NCBI GenBank assembly: GCA_041660605.1
Contig: JBAZWB010000001.1
Span: 201,295-265,294 of the forward strand
Direction of reading: 5' to 3'
Origin: Patescibacteria group bacterium
GTDB lineage: Bacteria > Patescibacteriota > Patescibacteriia > UBA10025 > JAHIVO01
DNA: 64,000 nucleotides
This document shows, piece by piece, positions 55,677 through 64,000 of the stretch (positions are counted from its first letter, which is position 1; the number at the start of each line of letters is the position of its first letter). The position numbers and the translations under genes were made by a program. The notes under the pieces were generated by a model. That model ran no database searches and was not told the DNA's origin. It worked only from the letters and a program-made list of their open reading frames with translations.

Positions 55677-56793
55677 CATTACCAATGAGGAAATAAAAAA
55701 AATATTAGAGTCAGTGAACAATATCCGCCTGGACCAGGCGCCTGCTCAGCGTATAAAAGGTGTTTTGCTGAGCCAGTTTGAAAATCTGGAAAATCAGGGG
55801 GATCTAAAAAATAATCACTTTAACGAAAATAGAAAAGTTTCAATATTTAATTCATTAATGTTAAAACCCATGATACCAATTTTAATCGCTCTTATCATTT
55901 TTGCCGGAACGACCGGTACAGTCGTGGCTGCAGAAAACTCAAAACCCGGAGATGCATTATTCGGAGTTGAAAGGGCCTGGGAGCAGACACAGCTTAATTT
56001 TTCCCTGAGTGATGAGGCTAAGGCGGAGCGCTGGCTGAAAATCGCCCAGGAGAGAGAGCAGGAGCAAAAAGCTCTCTTGATCAGTAATCAAACTGATGAA
56101 GCTAATACCGCCGAAGGTATTGCCAGTAATGCGCTGCAGAATGCCCAGGAAGTAATTGCCCGCGTCAAGGCAAAGCATGAAGAGAACGGCCGTGAGCAGG
56201 CCTCGGAGTCATTGAATAAGGTTGAGCATAAACTGCAGGAACTAAGCGACCGTTTTGAAGAAAGGAAGCGCGAGCAGACCGAGCGGCGGCTGGAGAATGA
56301 GTTTGGCAGCACCGATCTGGAGGTAGAAGTAGAGGATGGACAAGCACGGATTAATTTGGAAGCGGGAGGCAAAAAATATGAATACTCCCTTGAAACTTCC
56401 GACACCCAGGAAATTGTTGACTCAATACAAGAAAAAACAGGCATCAGCACCGAAGATGTCAGGACGCTCATAAAAATTGACAACCATAGTAACAGCGATA
56501 ACAGCAGCGATAATGCAGCCAATGATGAGAGCAATACAAACCAGTCACCTGATTCTGTTGATGGCAGCCAGGGCGACGACAGTGCGGATGACAGCAGCCA
56601 GAATATAAATGACGATTCCTCGGGTCAGGATCAGCCGGATTCTGAAAACACCAACAGCAATGAAAATATAAATGATGATCAAGGCGATAATGGGACGGAA
56701 GATAGCGCTAATGAAAACGAGAACAGAAATACCAACCAGGGACAGCAACAGAACAGCGAGGATGAGGTAACTGAAGGACAAAGCAGAGATTAA
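55666..56793 (+). CDS. Putative membrane anti-sigma factor with a coiled-coil ectodomain and a D/S/N-rich acidic tail
   Basis: Overlaps the sigma gene by 11 nt; single TM 'IPILIALIIFAGTTGTVVA'. Confidence 0.4.
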   Translation: MKNNITNEEIKKILESVNNIRLDQAPAQRIKGVLLSQFENLENQGDLKNNHFNENRKVSIFNSLMLKPMIPILIALIIFAGTTGTVVAAENSKPGDALFGVERAWEQTQLNFSLSDEAKAERWLKIAQEREQEQKALLISNQTDEANTAEGIASNALQNAQEVIARVKAKHEENGREQASESLNKVEHKLQELSDRFEERKREQTERRLENEFGSTDLEVEVEDGQARINLEAGGKKYEYSLETSDTQEIVDSIQEKTGISTEDVRTLIKIDNHSNSDNSSDNAANDESNTNQSPDSVDGSQGDDSADDSSQNINDDSSGQDQPDSENTNSNENINDDQGDNGTEDSANENENRNTNQGQQQNSEDEVTEGQSRD

Positions 56794-56872
56794 TCCAACA
56801 TTACAATTAACATAAAGCCGCTCAAAGATATTGGGCGGTTTTATTATATATATCAATATTCATCGTTAGCCT

Positions 56873-56901
56873 TTGACATATTAAATGTAGGGGATTATAA
56901 T
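56873..56901 (+). promoter_or_regulatory. Consensus sigma-70 promoter (TTGACA-17-TATAAT) upstream of the fur-suf operon
   Basis: Exact hexamers read from the sequence. Confidence 0.5.
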
Positions 56902-56939
56902 ACTTATTGATAATAATTACTAATAAGGATTAATAATAT

Positions 56940-57503
56940 ATGACAAATAAATCAGTTAAAACAAGCAAAAAGGACAAGGACTTCCGCCTGACTAAGCAAA
57001 GAATAGTCATTTTAGAGCAGGTCAGGAGGGATGATTCTCATCCGACTGCCAATGCTATTTATTCCGCGGTCAGGACAAAATATCCCCAAATCAGTTTTGG
57101 CACGGTTTACAGGAACTTAAACTTTTTAACCGAGCACGGATTGCTGAAGGAATGCGTGATAGATAAAAAATCCCGCTATGAAGCCAGAGTGGATTCGCAC
57201 GTGCACTTCGTCTGCGAAGAATGCCACAGTATCATGGACATGGACAGCCAGCAGGATGATCAATTGATCCGCGAACTGCAGAATTTAGCTTCCAGCAAGA
57301 AGTTCATGATCCGCTCGGAAAATTATGAGATCCGGGGTGTTTGTAAAAACTGCCAGAAAACCGCCCTGCCGAAAAAAGCCGTACCGGAGCTCTTCTGCAT
57401 CGCCTGCGGCAGCCTGCTGGAAGATCTGGAGAAAGAAGCGCCGGTCTGCCGGGAATGCTGCTTCCAGATAAACTGCAGCTATTATCCCAAAGCAAATAAG
57501 TAA
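56940..57503 (+). CDS. Fur-family regulator with a Cys-rich C-terminal extension
   Basis: 'TANAIYSAVRTKYPQISFGTVYRNLNFLTEHGLL' and 'HVHFVCEECHSIMDMD'; extra 'CKNC...CIAC...CREC'. Confidence 0.7.
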   Translation: MTNKSVKTSKKDKDFRLTKQRIVILEQVRRDDSHPTANAIYSAVRTKYPQISFGTVYRNLNFLTEHGLLKECVIDKKSRYEARVDSHVHFVCEECHSIMDMDSQQDDQLIRELQNLASSKKFMIRSENYEIRGVCKNCQKTALPKKAVPELFCIACGSLLEDLEKEAPVCRECCFQINCSYYPKANK

Positions 57504-57511
57504 TTAAAAAT

Positions 57512-58270
57512 ATGAACCAGCTGCAAATAAAAAATCTGCACGTCGCCATTGAGGGCAAGGAAATTCTGAAAGGCGTTAATCTGACGATAAAAGACGGAGA
57601 GACGCAGGCCTTAATGGGGCCAAATGGTTCTGGAAAATCCACGCTAGCTTCAACTATCATGGGGCATCCAAATTTCCACGTTACCAAAGGCTCAATTTTT
57701 TTATACGGCCAACGTTTGAATAAATTAAAACCAGACGAGCGCGCGAAAAAGGGGATTTTCCTGTCTTTCCAGAACCCCATTGAGGTGGCTGGCCTTTCGA
57801 TCAAGCATTTCCTGCGGGCGGCATTCAATAATCTTAATCCCGAGTCAAAACTGTCCCCGTTTGAATTTGAAAAATTATTCGAGGAAAAAATCAAACTCCT
57901 GAAGATAAATAAAAATTTCGGCGGGAGATCGCTAAACGAAGGCTTTTCCGGCGGGGAAAGGAAAAAACTGGAAATACTGCAAATGGCCATTTTGCAGCCT
58001 TGTTTAGTTATCCTGGATGAAGCCGATTCCGGGCTGGACATTGACGCCTTAAGAGACGTTACCCAGGCTATTAACCGCCTTAAAAAAGCTAAGAAAGCCG
58101 GCAAGAATAGAATGAGCGTTTTATTGATAACCCATTACAACAGGATTTTAAAATATATAAAACCTGACAAAGTGCATATTTTGATGCACGGCCGGGTGGT
58201 TAAATCGGGAGGGCGCCAGCTGGCCACCCAGGTGGAGAAGAGAGGATATGATTGGCTGGGTTCAAAATAA
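57512..58270 (+). CDS. sufC: Fe-S cluster assembly ATPase SufC
   Basis: 'GPNGSGKST', 'FSGGERKKLEILQ' and 'ILDEADSGLD'. Confidence 0.9.
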   Translation: MNQLQIKNLHVAIEGKEILKGVNLTIKDGETQALMGPNGSGKSTLASTIMGHPNFHVTKGSIFLYGQRLNKLKPDERAKKGIFLSFQNPIEVAGLSIKHFLRAAFNNLNPESKLSPFEFEKLFEEKIKLLKINKNFGGRSLNEGFSGGERKKLEILQMAILQPCLVILDEADSGLDIDALRDVTQAINRLKKAKKAGKNRMSVLLITHYNRILKYIKPDKVHILMHGRVVKSGGRQLATQVEKRGYDWLGSK

Positions 58271-58273
58271 TTT

Positions 58274-59674
58274 ATGAAAGTAAATCTGCAACAACTTAAC
58301 AGGCAGGCGCAAAAGGAAAAACCGGACGAGATGGATTATTTTCATACTTCGGCCAAAGGCCTGACGGATAAGACAGTCAAGGAGATTTCTCATTATAAAA
58401 ACGAACCAGCGTGGATGCAGGAGGAAAGATTCAGGGCTTACCAGACTTTTTTGAGGCAGCCAATGCCGGCCTGGGGTCCGGATTTGTCAAAAATTGATTT
58501 TAATGACCTGTATTATTATTTGCGGCCGACCGGCCAGACAGCCCGTTCCTGGTCGGAAGTGCCTGAAGCAATCCGCCATACTTATGACCGACTGGGCTTG
58601 CCTGAGGCAGAGAAGAAATACCTGGGAGGCGTCATGGCGCAATACGAGTCTGACGCGGTGTATCACAGTGTGCAGAAAAAGCTGGAAAAAAAGGGAGTAA
58701 TTTTTACCGATATGGATACCGGATTGCGGCGTTATCCGGAAATTGTCAGGAAATATTTTTCTACGGTTGTGCCCGCTGGAGACAATAAGTTTGCCGCCCT
58801 GAACACCGCGGTTTGGTCCGGAGGCAGCCTGTTATACATACCAGCCGGAGTAAAAGTGGAATTTCCTTTGCAGGCATATTTCCGCATCAACGCCGAGAAA
58901 GTCGGCCAGTTTGAGCGTACTTTGATAATCGCCGAGCCGGGCAGTTTCGTGCATTACGTGGAGGGCTGCACCGCGCCGGTTTATTCTACTGGGTCATTGC
59001 ACGCGGCAGTGGTGGAAATAATAGTAAAGCCGGGAGCCCGCGTGCGCTATACGACGGTGCAGAACTGGTCAAAAAACGTTTACAATATAGTAACCAAAAG
59101 GGCTTTTGTTATGGAAGAAGGCGTGATGGAATGGGTGGATGGTAATCTAGGCAGCAAAGTAACGATGAAATATCCTTCCGTCTATTTGCTTGGCAGGAAG
59201 GCCAGAGGAGAGGTCCTATCCATTGCTTTTGCCGGCTCGGGCCAGCACCAGGATGCTGGCGGCAAGGCCATTCATGGCGCGCCGGAAACATCCTCGTCAA
59301 TTATTTCCAAGTCAGTCTCCCGCGGCAGCGGCCGCACTTCTTACCGCGGCCTGGTGCGCGTAGCCAAGGGTATGGCCGGCTGCAGATCAAACGTCGTCTG
59401 CGACGCCCTGCTGATGAACAAAAATTCGCGTTCTGACACTTATCCCACGATGGATATCAGGGAAAGCGCCACCCGCGTGAGCCATGAGGCGACGGTCGGC
59501 AGGGTGGGCGAAGAGCAATTGTTTTATTTAATGAGCCGCGGCTTGTCCGAACAGGAGGCGATGTCTATGATTATCTCCGGCTTCATTGAGCCGATTGCCC
59601 GGCAGCTGCCGGTGGAATTCGCCGCTGAACTGAATAAATTAATTGAGCTGGAAATGGGAGGCAGGGTAGGTTAA
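58274..59674 (+). CDS. sufB: Fe-S cluster assembly scaffold SufB
   Basis: 466 aa with SufB-typical repeat-helix core; follows sufC. Confidence 0.85.
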   Translation: MKVNLQQLNRQAQKEKPDEMDYFHTSAKGLTDKTVKEISHYKNEPAWMQEERFRAYQTFLRQPMPAWGPDLSKIDFNDLYYYLRPTGQTARSWSEVPEAIRHTYDRLGLPEAEKKYLGGVMAQYESDAVYHSVQKKLEKKGVIFTDMDTGLRRYPEIVRKYFSTVVPAGDNKFAALNTAVWSGGSLLYIPAGVKVEFPLQAYFRINAEKVGQFERTLIIAEPGSFVHYVEGCTAPVYSTGSLHAAVVEIIVKPGARVRYTTVQNWSKNVYNIVTKRAFVMEEGVMEWVDGNLGSKVTMKYPSVYLLGRKARGEVLSIAFAGSGQHQDAGGKAIHGAPETSSSIISKSVSRGSGRTSYRGLVRVAKGMAGCRSNVVCDALLMNKNSRSDTYPTMDIRESATRVSHEATVGRVGEEQLFYLMSRGLSEQEAMSMIISGFIEPIARQLPVEFAAELNKLIELEMGGRVG

Positions 59675-59685
59675 ATATAAAAAAT

Positions 59686-60378
59686 ATGAAAAAGCTGATC
59701 ATAAAAAAAGACCGAACCATTGAGCTGGAAAAAGTGGAAAAACCCGGCGGCATTAATATAGTCATTCAGCCGGGCGTAAAAGGGAATTTGATCTTTCGCG
59801 GCGGCCTGGAAGAGGCCATAGTCACGGTGATGAGGGGCGCGGTGTTTAATTTATTCTGCTTAATGACCGACTTAGACAGTGATGACAGTAAGATAGTCAT
59901 CAATTTAATAGAACCATTGGCGCAGGCTCATGTTCATGGAATTTTTCACGGCCAGCAGGAAGATAAGCATTTTTTTAATATTATCATGCATCACCAGGCA
60001 AAAGAGACCAAGGGTGATATAATTATAAAAGGTGTGTATGAAAATATGTCCAGAGGCTCATTTTCCGGATTGATAAAGATTGATAAAGCGTCACAGAAAG
60101 CCGTCTCGCATTTTTCCGATGAAATCCTCCTGTCCGATGAAGCCATAGCTTTATCAGTGCCGACGCTGGAAATTTCCGCCAACGACGTCAGGGCTTCCCA
60201 CCGGTCCACTACCAGCCAGATTGACGAGGAGCAGCTGTTTTATCTGGCTTCGCGCGGATTAAATCAGCAGCAGGCCCGGCAGATGATCATCAAGGGATTT
60301 TTTAAATCAATTACCGACAAATTACCCGTTAATATAAAGAATAAATTTTATGCGCAAACAGCTGGGGCAGAATATTAA
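59686..60378 (+). CDS. SufD-like (SufBD family), short form
   Basis: C-terminal region parallels SufB ('EEQLFYLASRGL'). Confidence 0.6.
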   Translation: MKKLIIKKDRTIELEKVEKPGGINIVIQPGVKGNLIFRGGLEEAIVTVMRGAVFNLFCLMTDLDSDDSKIVINLIEPLAQAHVHGIFHGQQEDKHFFNIIMHHQAKETKGDIIIKGVYENMSRGSFSGLIKIDKASQKAVSHFSDEILLSDEAIALSVPTLEISANDVRASHRSTTSQIDEEQLFYLASRGLNQQQARQMIIKGFFKSITDKLPVNIKNKFYAQTAGAEY

Positions 60379-61576
60379 AAAGGACTTCCCGATTTTCAAA
60401 AATAATCCGGGATTGGTTTTTCTGGATTCCGGCGCCAGTGCCCAGAAGCCGCAGGCGGTGATCCGGGCCATTACCGATTGTTACGAAAAATATTACGCCA
60501 ATGTGCACCGCGGTATTTATAAATTATCGGAAAAGTCTTCAGCCGCCTATGAAAGCGTGCGTGCCAAGGCGGCCGGTTTTATCAACGCCGGCAGCGAGAA
60601 ACGCATAGTTTTTACGCGTAATACGACAGAAAGCATCAATTTAGTAGCTTATACCTGGGGCCGGCAGAATATCCGGGCTGGCGATGAAATTTTGCTCACC
60701 GAAATGGAGCATCACGCCAATATGCTGCCCTGGCGGGTTTTGGCCAAAGAAAAAAAAGCCAGCGTTAAATACTGGCCTATTAATCAGGAGGGCCGGCTGG
60801 ATTTGAATGAACTTGATAAGCTGCTGACCAAAAAAACTAAACTAGTGGCGTTTACGCAGATGTCCAATGTTTTGGGCACGATTAATCCGGCGAAAGAGAT
60901 TATAAAAAAAATCAGGAGCCAGGGCAGCGCTTTGGTTTTAATTGACGGAGCGCAGTCAGTTCCGCATTTTTCCGTTGACGTACGGGATTTGGATGCAGAT
61001 TTTTATGTTTTTTCCTCGCATAAAATGTGCGGTCCGACCGGCGTGGGCGTTTTGTACGCTAAGGATGAAATTCTGGAAAAAATGAATCCATTTCTATATG
61101 GCGGTGATATGATTGCCAATGTAACTTTGCAGGAAATGGAGTGGAGCGAAGTACCGGCAAAATTCGAGGCAGGGACGCCGGCCATTGCCGAGGTAATCGG
61201 TTTTGGCGCGGCTATCGATTATTTGCAGGATATCGGCATGGACAATGTCTTTAAATATGAAGAAGAAATGGTTAAAGCCGGACTGAGGGCATTATTATCA
61301 GTAGAGGGATTGAAACTTTTCGGCCCGCACGAGCCGGAGGCTCGCGGCGCGGTCTTTGCCTTCGAAATTCCCGGTGTGCATCCGCATGATGCCGCCTCCA
61401 TTTTTGACGAGCAGAACATCGCGGTCCGCGCCGGACATCACTGCGCCCAGCCCCTACATCAGAAACTGGGGATCCCGGCCAGTCTCCGCGCCAGTTTTTA
61501 CCTCTACAACACTTTAGAAGATTTAAATAAATTAATCAGCGGCATTAAAAAAGCCCAGGAAATTTTTGGCCTATGA
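60350..61576 (+). CDS. sufS: Cysteine desulfurase SufS
   Basis: PLP-Lys 'FSSHKMCGPTGVGVL' and 'RAGHHCAQP'. Confidence 0.9.
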   Translation: MRKQLGQNIKKDFPIFKNNPGLVFLDSGASAQKPQAVIRAITDCYEKYYANVHRGIYKLSEKSSAAYESVRAKAAGFINAGSEKRIVFTRNTTESINLVAYTWGRQNIRAGDEILLTEMEHHANMLPWRVLAKEKKASVKYWPINQEGRLDLNELDKLLTKKTKLVAFTQMSNVLGTINPAKEIIKKIRSQGSALVLIDGAQSVPHFSVDVRDLDADFYVFSSHKMCGPTGVGVLYAKDEILEKMNPFLYGGDMIANVTLQEMEWSEVPAKFEAGTPAIAEVIGFGAAIDYLQDIGMDNVFKYEEEMVKAGLRALLSVEGLKLFGPHEPEARGAVFAFEIPGVHPHDAASIFDEQNIAVRAGHHCAQPLHQKLGIPASLRASFYLYNTLEDLNKLISGIKKAQEIFGL

Positions 61577-61959
61577 CCTACGACATGTACAGAGAAATAA
61601 TCATTGACCATTATAAGGATCCGCATAATTTCGGTATTATTAAGGACGCCGATAAATCAGCCAATAAAAAAAATCCGCTGTGCGGCGATGAAATGCAGAT
61701 CACCGTCAAGCTGGACAAAAAGAAAAAAATTTCCGACATAAAATTCACCGGGGCCGGGTGCAGCGTGTCGCGGGCTGGGGGATCGATTTTGACAGATATT
61801 GTGAAAGGCAAGCGGATCAGTGAGTTAAAAAAATATACTGACCGCCAATTCATCCAGGATATGGGCGTGCCTATAACCCCAGCCAGAAAAAAATGCGCCT
61901 TATTATCCCTGGAAACGCTGAGAAAAGCCCTGAATATCACTAAACCAAGCGTAAAATAG
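61573..61959 (+). CDS. sufU: SufU/IscU-like sulfur acceptor
   Basis: 'IIDHYKDPHNFG', 'CGDEM' and 'GAGCSVS'. Confidence 0.8.
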   Translation: MTYDMYREIIIDHYKDPHNFGIIKDADKSANKKNPLCGDEMQITVKLDKKKKISDIKFTGAGCSVSRAGGSILTDIVKGKRISELKKYTDRQFIQDMGVPITPARKKCALLSLETLRKALNITKPSVK

Positions 61960-62041
61960 CCGTTTTAATTAATCATATCTTAATTATTAAATGGTATTTT
62001 TAATGCATAAGAAAGTGTTAATTTACTAAGGAAATAATATT

Positions 62042-62656
62042 ATGAATAAGAAATTTACTACACCTGATTTGCCCTACGGTTACGACGCTCTCGAGCCATA
62101 TATTGACGAAGCGACCATGAAAATTCATCATGACAAGCATCATGTTGCTTATACGACTAAACTTAATGCGGCAGTGGAAAAGCATCCCGAGCTTTTTGCC
62201 AAAGACCCAGTTGATTTATTAAAAGATTTAAATTCAGTACCCGAAGATATCAGGCTGGCAGTGCGAAATAACGGCGGCGGCCACGTTAATCACATGTTGT
62301 ATTGGGAGGTGATGGGCCCTGACGCCGGCGGCGAACCTGAGGGAAAACTGCTGGAGGCCATTAAAAATGGATTTGGCGGTTTTGAGAAGTTTCAGGAGCT
62401 ATTTGAGGATGCAGCCACGACGCAGTTCGGTTCCGGCTGGGCCTGGCTCTCGGTTGAAATGGGAAAATTAGTGATTGAAAAAACATCCAATCAGGATACG
62501 CCCCTTTCTGCCGGTCGCTTGCCGATACTGGCGCTGGATGTCTGGGAGCATGCGTATTACCTGAAATATCAGAACAAGCGGCCGGAATACATAAAAGCTT
62601 TCTGGAATGTGATAAATTGGGAGTCAGTCGGAGACAAGTATGATTCATTTATATAA
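62042..62656 (+). CDS. Fe/Mn-family superoxide dismutase
   Basis: 'HHDKHHVAY' and 'DVWEHAYYL'. Confidence 0.9.
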   Translation: MNKKFTTPDLPYGYDALEPYIDEATMKIHHDKHHVAYTTKLNAAVEKHPELFAKDPVDLLKDLNSVPEDIRLAVRNNGGGHVNHMLYWEVMGPDAGGEPEGKLLEAIKNGFGGFEKFQELFEDAATTQFGSGWAWLSVEMGKLVIEKTSNQDTPLSAGRLPILALDVWEHAYYLKYQNKRPEYIKAFWNVINWESVGDKYDSFI

Positions 62657-62678
62657 TCTCAGCATTAAAAATAATTCT

Positions 62679-63170
62679 ATGATAAACAAAAAAGTTGAAA
62701 AAGCCATAAACGGGCAAATCCAAGCCGAGCTTTATTCGTCATATCTTTATCTGGCAATGTCGGCGTATTGCACTTCGCTGAATTTCAAAGGCTTTGCCAA
62801 ATGGCTGAAAGTTCAGGCCGGCGAAGAGATAAAACATGCGATGAAGTTCTATGATTTTCTGCATGACCGCAGCGGGCAGGTTGAACTGCTGGCTTTGCAA
62901 AAACCGCCGGTAAATTTCACTTCTCCAACCAAGGTCTTCCAGCAGGCGTATGGCCATGAAAAGAAAATTACCGGCATGATAAATGGCTTGTATGAACTGG
63001 CAAAACAGGAAAAGGACTACGCTTTTGAGGAATTCTTGCACTGGTTTCTGGATGAACAGGTAGAAGAGGAAGCGCAGACTTATGAAGTAGCCAGCGTCTT
63101 GGAGAAAATCGGCGAAAAAGGCAGCGGCATCTGGATGCTTGACCATCAGCTGGGTGAACGAAAAGAGTAG
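62679..63170 (+). CDS. Ferritin (non-heme, Ftn-like)
   Basis: 'ELYSSYLYLAMS', 'EEIKHAMKFYDF' and 'EEFLHWFLDEQVEEE'. ATG at 62679. Confidence 0.8.
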   Translation: MINKKVEKAINGQIQAELYSSYLYLAMSAYCTSLNFKGFAKWLKVQAGEEIKHAMKFYDFLHDRSGQVELLALQKPPVNFTSPTKVFQQAYGHEKKITGMINGLYELAKQEKDYAFEEFLHWFLDEQVEEEAQTYEVASVLEKIGEKGSGIWMLDHQLGERKE

Positions 63171-63255
63171 CAGGAGCAGCAAGTCCGCTTATTAATAATT
63201 AACACAGCATGTGCTATAATTAGCGCGTGCTGTTTAGCATTAACGGAAATAAATT

Positions 63256-63465
63256 ATGAAAATAAAATTACTGAAAGATAAGTGTATTTCTGCCGGTACC
63301 TGCGTAGCTATTGCTCCGGATGTGTTTGAGCTTGATGGTGATGGCAAGGTAAGCCTGAAAAACCCCACTGGCGCTGATGACGCGACTATCCTGGATGCCG
63401 CAAAATCCTGCCCGACGCAGGCTATTGAAATTTATGATGATGAGGATAAAAGAATATTTCCTTGA
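63256..63465 (+). CDS. Small ferredoxin
   Basis: 'CISAGTCVAIAP...CPTQAI'. Confidence 0.65.
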   Translation: MKIKLLKDKCISAGTCVAIAPDVFELDGDGKVSLKNPTGADDATILDAAKSCPTQAIEIYDDEDKRIFP

Positions 63466-63473
63466 TAAAAATT

Positions 63474-64000
63474 ATGGAGAATAATTCTCTCGCACCAGAC
63501 GGCGGCAGCCCGGCGCCAGTTGGCAAGAAAAAAACCAGAAAAATAATAATCATCGCGGCACTATTGGCACTGTTTTTTTTGGCCGCCTATTTTTTTTCCC
63601 TGATACGTAAGAATATAAATAATCTTAATGGCAGCAGTAACGGCAATACTAACACGCCTACCATTGAAACAAGCGACGATCCGTATGCAGGCAATCCTGA
63701 TGCTAAGGTGGTGATAGTTGAATTTGGGGATTTCGAGTGCCCCTATTGCTTCCAGTCATTTCCGGTAGTCAGAGAGCTGATAGCGGAATATAAAGATCAA
63801 ATAAAATTTATTTATCGCGATTTCCCCTTAGCCGCTTCTCACGCCCATGCGGAAATGGCCGCCGAAGCCGCCGAATGCGCGCACGAGCAGGGTAAATTCT
63901 GGGAAATGCATGATAAGCTCTTTATTAACCAGCAGAACCTAGAGAATTCCGATTTAAAAATTTATGCCCGGGAGATCGGGTTGAACGCGAATGTTTTCGA
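63474..64000 (+). CDS. DsbA-family thiol:disulfide oxidoreductase (secreted; 3' end beyond the window)
   Basis: TM anchor; 'EFGDFECPYCFQ' (CPYC). It has no stop within the window, so it is absent from the ORF track. Confidence 0.6.
   Translation, partial: MENNSLAPDGGSPAPVGKKKTRKIIIIAALLALFFLAAYFFSLIRKNINNLNGSSNGNTNTPTIETSDDPYAGNPDAKVVIVEFGDFECPYCFQSFPVVRELIAEYKDQIKFIYRDFPLAASHAHAEMAAEAAECAHEQGKFWEMHDKLFINQQNLENSDLKIYAREIGLNANVF

Noticed and set aside
1-64000. CRISPR array, rRNA genes or a transposase/integrase
   Set aside because: No regularly spaced repeat-spacer units and no rRNA-like conserved blocks were seen. No DDE transposase, tyrosine recombinase or serine recombinase motifs appear in any ORF.

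Overview
This 64-kb window is almost entirely plus-strand and gene-dense. The mix of small streamlined genes, many Sec-type secreted or membrane proteins and an archaeal-type AMP phosphorylase suggests a reduced genome, possibly Patescibacteria/CPR-like; that is a tentative inference from sequence alone.

The core backbone includes:
- the 3' end of dnaG followed by rpoD;
- an ABC-F ATPase, three tandem type-I ABC exporters, a DEAD-box helicase and TypA/BipA;
- a Zur-znuABC metal cluster with a ZIP transporter;
- an ApbE-centred flavin/heme redox cluster;
- an ECF sigma/anti-sigma pair and a Fur-controlled sufCBDSU operon;
- SOD, ferritin, two small ferredoxins and a DsbA-like protein truncated at the window end;
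- one tRNA-Asn(GTT).

Several segments look accessory and visibly AT-rich by eye:
- a roughly 2.3-kb three-gene cassette of secreted hypotheticals flanked by 41-bp direct repeats next to the tRNA;
- a Cas4-like nuclease plus Pif1-helicase pair just downstream of the tRNA;
- a DUF4143 AAA ATPase flanked by 31-bp direct repeats;
- an AT-rich insertion carrying a roughly 1000-aa KAP-family P-loop NTPase with an N-terminal 4-TM module, followed by an SPFH protein and a small RHH protein.

The most unusual single gene is a 1752-aa secreted alpha-2-macroglobulin-like protein. It carries a complete Hint/intein-like domain (Cys1 ... HN) at the position where a bait region would sit, and the +1 residue after HN is Glu.

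No CRISPR array, rRNA or obvious transposase was seen. Coordinates are 1-based; no database searches were run, so family assignments rest on motifs recognised by eye.
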